Assembly: GCA_003216715.1 (NCBI GenBank)
Contig: QCIK01000004.1
Location: 63,534-127,533 of the forward strand
Source: Prochlorococcus sp. AG-402-L09
GTDB lineage: Bacteria; Cyanobacteriota; Cyanobacteriia; PCC-6307; Cyanobiaceae
Length of the DNA: 64,000 nucleotides
Reading direction: 5' to 3'
Part shown: positions 57,798 to 64,000 of the stretch, one piece after another
How positions within the stretch are numbered: the stretch's first letter is position 1
How the letters are laid out: each line of letters opens with the position of its first letter
Made by a program: the position numbers and the translations under genes
Notes under the pieces: model-generated
The model's database searches: none
What the model saw: only the letters and a program-made list of their open reading frames with translations
What the model was told of the DNA's origin: nothing

Positions 57798-58987
57798 TGA
57801 AAAAAGAGATTAACAAAAATGATGGTTCAGTAAACCAATCTAAAAAAGATAAAACTTCAACAAGCGATTTAATAAATCAAACCAAGTCAGTATTTGCATG
57901 GCTTGAAAAAAAATTATCAATTAAAAGATCAGAACAATCAGAAGTCAACATAACGACAAACAAAATTAACCAAATTGATAATTCAAAAAGTCAACATGAA
58001 AAAGTAAAAACTAGAACAACAGGTTACAAAAATCAAACCAAGTCAGCATTGGCATGGCTTGAGAATAAATTATCAACTAAGAGTTCAGAGGAAACAATAC
58101 TCACTCAATCTCAATACTGGACAAGAGCAATCACTTGGTCATTAATTGGTAGTACTGCTTTTGGTGTTGGATGGTTGTCGATTGCTAAAACTGAAGAAAT
58201 CATAGTAGCGACAGGAAAGCTGGAACCAATCAAAGGAGTGGTGGATGTTCAAATGCCATTACAAGGAGTGGCAAAAGAAATCTTGGTAAAAGAAGGCGAA
58301 ATAGTGAAAAGAGGGCAACTTTTAATCAGATTAGATTCAGAAGTAACTAATAGCCAACTAACATCGATTCAGCAAAGATATGAATTGAGCAAAAATATAC
58401 TTGATAGAATGGAAAAACTTGTTGATGAAGGTGCAGTAGCAGAAATTCAATATTTAGAGCAGAAAAATAAAATGATTGATTTAAAAAGCAGACTAATAGA
58501 AAGCAAAGTTATACTTAAATACCAAAAGATTTTATCTCCAGTCGATGGAAGAGTATTTGATCTAAAACCATGGGGCCCAGGTTATGTAGCTAAGACAAGC
58601 GAGCCAGTTCTTAAAATTGTGCCATTTGATGATTTACACGCCAAGGTTGAAATTGAGAGTAGAACAATTGGCTTTGTCAGTTTAAATAAACCAGTAGATA
58701 TAAGCGTAGATTCATACCCAGCCACAGATTTTGGGGTGATAACAGGAAAAGTAGTAAAAATTAGCTCTGATGCATTAGCACCAGATCCAAGATTCAACAA
58801 AGGATATAGATTTCTTGCAAATATAAACCTAGATCAACAAACCTTAAATCTGGAAAAAGGGAGAGAACTTCCATTACAGCCTGGGATGAGCGTAACAGCT
58901 AACATAAAGCTTAGAAAGGTATCTTACCTACAGCTTCTTTTAGGAACATTCCAGAACAAATCAGATTCACTAAGAGAGATAAATTAA
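57797..58987 (+). CDS. HlyD-family membrane fusion protein
   Basis: Single TM, ATGKLEP...VQMPLQG..KEILVKEGEIVKRGQLLIRLD, ILSPVDG, VDSYPATDFGVITGKV, LQPGMSVTANI; ATG overlaps the HlyB stop. Confidence 0.94.
   Translation: MKKEINKNDGSVNQSKKDKTSTSDLINQTKSVFAWLEKKLSIKRSEQSEVNITTNKINQIDNSKSQHEKVKTRTTGYKNQTKSALAWLENKLSTKSSEETILTQSQYWTRAITWSLIGSTAFGVGWLSIAKTEEIIVATGKLEPIKGVVDVQMPLQGVAKEILVKEGEIVKRGQLLIRLDSEVTNSQLTSIQQRYELSKNILDRMEKLVDEGAVAEIQYLEQKNKMIDLKSRLIESKVILKYQKILSPVDGRVFDLKPWGPGYVAKTSEPVLKIVPFDDLHAKVEIESRTIGFVSLNKPVDISVDSYPATDFGVITGKVVKISSDALAPDPRFNKGYRFLANINLDQQTLNLEKGRELPLQPGMSVTANIKLRKVSYLQLLLGTFQNKSDSLREIN
57875..58090 (+). repeat. Imperfect 60-bp direct repeat (57875-57934 and 58031-58090) in the HlyD N-terminus
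   Basis: NQTKSVFAWLEKKLSIKRSE vs NQTKSALAWLENKLSTKSSE; 156-bp period. Confidence 0.85.
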
Positions 58988-59183
58988 AAATATATCAGGA
59001 GTGAGAATATAATTAAATTAAGAATAACAATAGATAAAGATAACAAGTTAGATTAATAAAATTATCATCTATTTAAAATCAAAAAGGACGTGGAGTTCTG
59101 TTAAAAAAGCAAAAAAATCATAAGAAATAAATTATCAAATTACTTGCTACACAGATCAATAAATAAGTAATAAATAAAAGCAT

Positions 59184-59210
59184 AAAAAACCACCCATTAA
59201 GGGTGGTTTT
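59184..59210 (-). terminator. Rho-independent terminator, downstream copy (possibly bidirectional)
   Basis: AAAACCACCC-ATTAA-GGGTGGTTTT hairpin with an A6 run (U-tract on the minus strand). Confidence 0.85.
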
Positions 59211-59225
59211 CAAGTCAATTGAGAT

Positions 59226-59284
59226 TTAGTAGAGAACCATATTAGTTGTACTGAATGTACCAGTAACATTAGTAGCGCTACGAG
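59226..59284 (-). pseudogene. Start-less remnant duplicating the last ~19 codons of the S-layer gene
   Basis: Reads ...NVTGTFSTTNMVLY* against the gene's LVALLDVTGTFSTTNMVLY*; 1-nt deletion near its 5' end and no start codon. Confidence 0.8.
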
Positions 59285-59304
59285 GTTAGGTAATAATTAA
59301 AAGC

Positions 59305-59334
59305 AAAAAAAAACCACCCATTAAGGGTGGTTTT
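59305..59334 (-). terminator. Rho-independent terminator of the S-layer gene
   Basis: Same hairpin with an A9 run, 16 nt after the TAA at 59351-59353. Confidence 0.9.
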
Positions 59335-59350
59335 ACAAGTTAATTGAGAT

Positions 59351-62300
59351 TTAGTAGAGAACCATGTTAGTTGTACTGAATGTACCAGTAACATCAAGTA
59401 GCGCTACGAGAGTTACGTCATCATCAGTTGCCAAGACTGCAGAAGCAGTACCGCTGGATTCAATAAGGTAAACACCAACTTGAGAACCAGTTGTATTTTG
59501 TATGGCCATGTAGAACGCATCAGATGCGGTAGCAGCTACTGATCCAACTGCTGAATACAAACTATTTTCAGCAGTGAAATCATTAAGAGTAGCTCCAGTT
59601 AGTAGTCCGAAACCTGCACCTGTCGAGGTGTTCATGGCTCCAGTAGCAACTGATGCCACAGTACCGGCTGAGTTAACAAGTACGGCTGATGGAACTGCAA
59701 TTTGGTCCTTTGTAGCATCAAAGTCAGTAACTCTAACCGCATCAGCTAGAACAGCAGTGAATGAACCGGCTGAGTCTGAGTGCTTGTTACCTGAGTCCTG
59801 ACCACCGATTCGAACTATGTCTGAACCAGCACCAGTTGCGATAGTAAAGATTTCACCTGCTGCAGTAGATTGGAAGGTTTCGATAATATCGTTACCACTT
59901 GTACCAATAACAGATGTAGAAGCAACATCAGAAGTAGCACCGGAAGTAATTGCTCCCAGATCAAGGGTACCTGCGGTACTCATAGTAATGGTAATAGTAC
60001 CTGTACCATCAGCAGTATCAACGTCATTGATACCAGTTCCCCAGAAGCCCTCGTCAGTAGTCAAGTCAACACCAGCTCCCAAGGTTACGCCATCGAAATC
60101 ACCAGCAGTAAGAGTAACGTGAGACCAGTCTACGTCTTCTGTGAAGGAGAAGTCGGTAGAAACTCCACCAACAAGGGTAACTGCAGTAGAGCCTAAACTT
60201 GCTGCATCAACAGTGATTGTTGCTGTACCTTGATCAGTGGTAATTGTGTCAAAACCACTAATAGTTGTATTAGCAAGGGTTAAAGCACCATCTCCTATCG
60301 ATACATCAAGGATAACAAGGTTTGAATCACCTGAACCAGTAATAGTACCGAAGAGAGTTGCAGCACCGATATCGTCTTCGTCAATTGTCAGTGTCTGATC
60401 AGTACCACCAATAGTAACTACATCGATGTTTGTAAGTGCGTAAGCAGAAATGTCATCAGTATCATTGAAATTGATAGTTGTGACGATATCTGTTGTTGTT
60501 TCACCTGTAACAGCACCTGAAAAACCAGTGAAGTCGGCTGCGTCAACTGTAAGAGTCTTCGCTAAGTTGTCAGCTGTATTCAGATCAAGAGTACTAGCGT
60601 CAGTAGACGTCATTGTGATTGCTGAGAAGTCATAAGTACCTCCAGCAAGCTCAATAGTATCGGCAATAGCACCGAAAGTAAGCGTAGTTATGTCAGTAAG
60701 GTTGTCTGTATCTAACTCATAAAGAACACCTTCTGAAGGAGTGATAAGGGTTTCAATCTTACGAAGCGTAATAGGCTTCAGGTCAACTGTTCCTCCTGTA
60801 GTTGTGAGGGATTGAACTGTACCGGATACACCAGTGATGCTATTAGTCTCAGCGGCAGTCAGATCAGCAACATTCATTGTGATGCCTGAGATGTTACCGC
60901 CAAGTGTCATTGTCTCAACGTCACTGTAAGCGATTCCGCTGAAACTAAATGTTGTACTTGGTGAAGCGGCTGTGACATTAATTGTGTCATCTCCGTTTTT
61001 ACCATCAACTGTTGAACCAGCCAAGTGAGCAACTGTTGTTACAAGAGTGTCAGCTTCGTTTGTTAGAGCAGCTCCCTCAGTGAAGTGTGTCTTAGTTGCT
61101 GTATTGAAAGCTGCTTGCTTAGAAGTAGCTGTAACACCACTTCCTAAGGTCAAGTCTTGAGCAGTAATAGAAGTAACGCCTTCAAGTTTGAGCTGGAAAT
61201 CATCTGTTCCCTCAAGAAGTGAATCGTTATCGATGTCAACCCAAAGAGTATTAGTCGCGGAGTTGAATACTACAACTTTAGTTCCATCTAACTTGCCCTG
61301 TGCTTCAGCAAATGAAGCACCAACTCCACCAAACTGACCACTGGTAGTAACATTCTCAGAAGCCAATCCAGTCAAATCAATGTCGTCAGAACCGCTTACA
61401 AAGCCTTTAACGATGTCTTTATCAGTATCTGACTGTGCTTTCGCTGTATAAACAATAGTGTCATCACCACCTTTAGAAAGGTCAATAGTGTCAGAACCAG
61501 TTGCGTTAGTAGAGAAAGTAAGTGTGTCGTTAGCAGAACCTAATGTAATTGTCGCTCCACCTTTAGCAAAGTCAGTACCGGAGATAGTTAATTTATCTGT
61601 AACTGCACTAGCATCAAGAGTTGCAAGAACTGCAGTGTCTGGATCTGTTGTGGCTGTCAGTGTAATTTCTGAATCACCACTTAAAACAAGTTTAGTTGCA
61701 TCAGAAGCAACCAAAGTTGCAATGGTGAAAGTACCAGTGGCATCTGTGGTGTCATCGTCAACTGAAATAGTAAGTGTTTCAGCGTCAGCGGCATTCAACG
61801 TTGCAATCCCTTCACCGGCTCCAACATCATCAATAACAACAGTTACTTCATCAGCTGTTCCGTCAGTCTTTAAGTCAACAACTAAAGAACCATCAGCTGC
61901 TACAAGGTTTGCAGCATCAACTTCAACTTCTATGCCTGAAACTGCATCGTCAACAGTAGCAGTACCATTTGCAGTAATACCTGCGTCATATACAACTCTA
62001 GTAATACCAGAGAAACTATCCATATCGATAGTTCCTGTACCTGAATCGGAGACCGTTAGATTCTCAACGCTAGATAGAGTTCCATTGATAGTTCCTGAAG
62101 CTACTGCCTGAGTCAACTTAATTGAGTCAGTTCCGTCTCCTCCAGTGAAACTGTCACTAGCTTCGAAACCATCTGTAAAGTCTGCGGTGTCATTACCAGA
62201 ACCACCAGTAACAACAACATCCTTAGATGTTGTATCAGAATCAACTACAACAGAGAGATTTCCAGTAAATAAAGAAGCTCCGATAGTGGTAACACCAGCA

Positions 62301-63499
62301 AGTGCTGAAGAAATCGTTAGATCTTTGTCACCAGTAACGTTAAGAGTAGTAAAACCACCAGCTATTGTTGTAATTTCACTTGCTTCACCAGAAGATTTAA
62401 CGTTGACAGTCTCAACTCCTGTGCCTGAATTATTACCTAGTGTAATAGTACCAATGGAACCACCAGCGGTAGTTACGTTTCCATCCAGATTAAGAGTAAT
62501 AGCGTCAGCAGAGCCCGTTAAGAGATCATCGTTGAACTTAATTGTTGTATCGCCTGCCTGAACGTCAGTCAATTCAACAGTTGTTAAAGCTTTCAATCCA
62601 TCTACGGTTAAATTAGTAGTAGAAAGAGTATTTATAACTTTGTTTACGTCTGTAGAACCTGTCGCAGTAAAAGTAGTACCTCCAGTTGCATCAGTTTGAA
62701 TTTTTAGAGTTTCAACTGATGAGGTTGTAAAACCATTCTCTGTTACCGCAGAAGTACCTGTAGCTGTATATCTAAGAACATCTGTACCAGAACCACCAGT
62801 AAGTGCATCACCAGTTGTCAATGTAGCGTTAGATCCTACAAAAGTATCGTTGTAAGCACCACCAGAAACAGCATCGACTTTGTCAGTCAGAGTTACAGTT
62901 GTTCCAGTTGTTGTAGTGCTTGCAGAAGTCATATCAGAAACTGCTGTATCAACTGCTGCATCCGTTACAGCGGTTGAAGTTACAGTCGCTAACCATGTTT
63001 TTGCAGAATCAAAAGCGGCACCGGCTTTGAAGTTAGTTCCAAGTGTCTCAGGCTGATAAGCAAGAATTGCAGCAGGGTCAGCTTTTACATCAGCTGTGAA
63101 TGACTTAGCTGCAGCAACTTTATTGGATAGAGCTAATGCATCAGCTTCACCTTGAGTTGTGTTAGCAGCTATTGGATTGCTAGCTGCCCAAATCAAATCA
63201 AGAGCAAGACTTGAAAGTGATTTTCTTCCAGCCTCAACTTCGGCAGTCCAGAAGAGTAATCCTTCAGCATCTGCTGTGCGACCAAAAAGATTTGTATATA
63301 AAGAATTTACTTGATCTTCTGTCGACTTTGAAGCAATAGTTGTGTTCTTATATTCGTCCTGAGCGTAAATTTTTTCAGCAAATTCAGTTTCAGTAAGGCC
63401 ACTTTCTAACCAGAAAGTAATTCCTGATGGATCTCCAGGCCTTCCAAAGTAAGCGATGTACTGTTGTTGAAGCTGGGTAGTAGTTAGTGTTGTTGACAT
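59351..63499 (-). CDS. Large RTX-type secreted surface protein, SwmA/RsaA-like S-layer protein (~1382 aa)
   Basis: Probable ATG at 63499 (MSTTLTTTQLQQQYIAYFGRPGDPSG). N-terminal DUF4214-like domain, no Sec signal, no Cys seen, very T/A/D/G/S-rich and acidic. RTX-like GGxGxD repeats (TGGSGTD, TGGSGND, TGGDGTD, SKGGDD, GTSGND, TGAGSD). Lies next to a T1SS. Confidence 0.85.
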   Translation of the reverse strand: MSTTLTTTQLQQQYIAYFGRPGDPSGITFWLESGLTETEFAEKIYAQDEYKNTTIASKSTEDQVNSLYTNLFGRTADAEGLLFWTAEVEAGRKSLSSLALDLIWAASNPIAANTTQGEADALALSNKVAAAKSFTADVKADPAAILAYQPETLGTNFKAGAAFDSAKTWLATVTSTAVTDAAVDTAVSDMTSASTTTTGTTVTLTDKVDAVSGGAYNDTFVGSNATLTTGDALTGGSGTDVLRYTATGTSAVTENGFTTSSVETLKIQTDATGGTTFTATGSTDVNKVINTLSTTNLTVDGLKALTTVELTDVQAGDTTIKFNDDLLTGSADAITLNLDGNVTTAGGSIGTITLGNNSGTGVETVNVKSSGEASEITTIAGGFTTLNVTGDKDLTISSALAGVTTIGASLFTGNLSVVVDSDTTSKDVVVTGGSGNDTADFTDGFEASDSFTGGDGTDSIKLTQAVASGTINGTLSSVENLTVSDSGTGTIDMDSFSGITRVVYDAGITANGTATVDDAVSGIEVEVDAANLVAADGSLVVDLKTDGTADEVTVVIDDVGAGEGIATLNAADAETLTISVDDDTTDATGTFTIATLVASDATKLVLSGDSEITLTATTDPDTAVLATLDASAVTDKLTISGTDFAKGGATITLGSANDTLTFSTNATGSDTIDLSKGGDDTIVYTAKAQSDTDKDIVKGFVSGSDDIDLTGLASENVTTSGQFGGVGASFAEAQGKLDGTKVVVFNSATNTLWVDIDNDSLLEGTDDFQLKLEGVTSITAQDLTLGSGVTATSKQAAFNTATKTHFTEGAALTNEADTLVTTVAHLAGSTVDGKNGDDTINVTAASPSTTFSFSGIAYSDVETMTLGGNISGITMNVADLTAAETNSITGVSGTVQSLTTTGGTVDLKPITLRKIETLITPSEGVLYELDTDNLTDITTLTFGAIADTIELAGGTYDFSAITMTSTDASTLDLNTADNLAKTLTVDAADFTGFSGAVTGETTTDIVTTINFNDTDDISAYALTNIDVVTIGGTDQTLTIDEDDIGAATLFGTITGSGDSNLVILDVSIGDGALTLANTTISGFDTITTDQGTATITVDAASLGSTAVTLVGGVSTDFSFTEDVDWSHVTLTAGDFDGVTLGAGVDLTTDEGFWGTGINDVDTADGTGTITITMSTAGTLDLGAITSGATSDVASTSVIGTSGNDIIETFQSTAAGEIFTIATGAGSDIVRIGGQDSGNKHSDSAGSFTAVLADAVRVTDFDATKDQIAVPSAVLVNSAGTVASVATGAMNTSTGAGFGLLTGATLNDFTAENSLYSAVGSVAATASDAFYMAIQNTTGSQVGVYLIESSGTASAVLATDDDVTLVALLDVTGTFSTTNMVLY

Positions 63500-63536
63500 C
63501 GAGTGTAAAAGAGTCAGAGCTTTTAGATAGGGGACT

Positions 63537-63654
63537 CCGCAATTGCGGTGCGGGTGCCGAGAACCCTGTCTTTGGGTCTGGCATTGATGCAAATGGTTAT
63601 TGCATGAAGCAATTACCTATTGCAGTAGGCCGGCTAAATATACACGCAGACAGG
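63537..63654 (-). promoter_or_regulatory. Putative structured 5' leader of the S-layer gene
   Basis: Four inverted repeats within 120 nt: 63537-63548, 63555-63583, 63587-63605, 63609-63623. Also 7-bp complementarity between 63565-63571 and 63648-63654. Confidence 0.45.
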
Positions 63655-64000
63655 ATCAAGTAAATAGGAACTCGTATTCTCAGTAGTGATTTCAACACAA
63701 GTATTTAAGTAGTAACCGGTCATTGCGAGCTTGATCTCTAAAGCATTAAAAAATCTATAAATCGAGTTATAGCAACTACTTTAAGGATATTGGAAATTGT
63801 TAAGTTTGACAAAACGATTACGAGTTTTAGCTAATAATTTCCCAAAAAAAAGGATACACTAATTCAACTGTCACATAGAATTTATTCAATTCTCACAGTG
63901 GTTTTCGAATTTTTTTTTGATCTTCGTGTTTTTCTTATTCAATGAGATAAGAATAATTAGTGAAATCAATTTAGCCAATCAGAATTATTAATTATGGGAC

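Larger units (their letters stand above)
59175..59410. repeat. Tandem direct repeat of the S-layer gene 3' end plus terminator (59175-59284 and 59298-59410)
   Basis: 110- and 113-bp copies with 7 differences counted by eye (3 indels), separated by a 13-bp spacer. Confidence 0.95.

Noticed and set aside
54837-58987. T1SS as a bacteriocin/lanthipeptide exporter
   Set aside because: The C39-like domain lacks the catalytic Cys, there is no double-glycine precursor or modification enzyme, and an RTX substrate is adjacent.
59175-59410. Hairpin-containing direct repeats as a CRISPR array
   Set aside because: Only two ~110-bp copies, derived from a gene end and terminator; no spacer pattern and no cas genes.
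59574-62561. Several plus-strand ORFs (75-217 aa) antisense to the S-layer gene
   Set aside because: Shadow frames produced by the biased codon and amino-acid usage of the S-layer gene; low-complexity S/V/P-rich translations with no motifs.
59351-63499. Higher GC of the S-layer gene (25-30 of 60 in three sampled lines) as evidence of recent horizontal transfer
   Set aside because: Explained by Thr/Ala/Gly/Asp richness. A sampled core line in tktA (19621-19680) gives 29/60, and third positions are mostly A/T like the host.
63500-63592. 31-aa N-terminal extension of the S-layer ORF from ATG 63592
   Set aside because: Its composition (H/Q/R/C) is unlike the protein. Alignment with the Wzt paralog domain places the start at ATG 63499, and the region folds as a likely RNA leader.

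Overview
AT-rich marine picocyanobacterial chromosome segment. Gene content, order and composition point to Prochlorococcus marinus, probably a low-light NATL-like clade (an inference). About 47 kb (1-47300) is core genome: icd, glgP, tRNA-Arg/rnpB/rnc, glmS, psaC, acpP-fabF-tktA, thiC with a TPP riboswitch, ruvB, smpB, lysS, mreBCD, ahcY, mutY, gyrB, miaA, infC and cysE. Two probable accessory insertions (lldD-like oxidase, manC) sit in this part. The last ~17 kb (47324-63660) is a cell-surface island wrapped around secA. It encodes a ~1382-aa Thr/Ala/Asp/Gly-rich RTX-type SwmA/RsaA-like S-layer protein and a convergent type I secretion cluster (small DUF6447-like protein, parvulin PPIase, HlyB, HlyD). 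It also carries gmd and a Wzt/Wzm glycan exporter. The Wzt ATPase has an N-terminal ~170-aa paralog of the S-layer protein's own N-terminal domain. The S-layer gene has a tandem duplicate of its last ~20 codons plus terminator, an internal C-terminus-like module, and a structured leader. All calls come from motif recognition by eye; no database searches were run.
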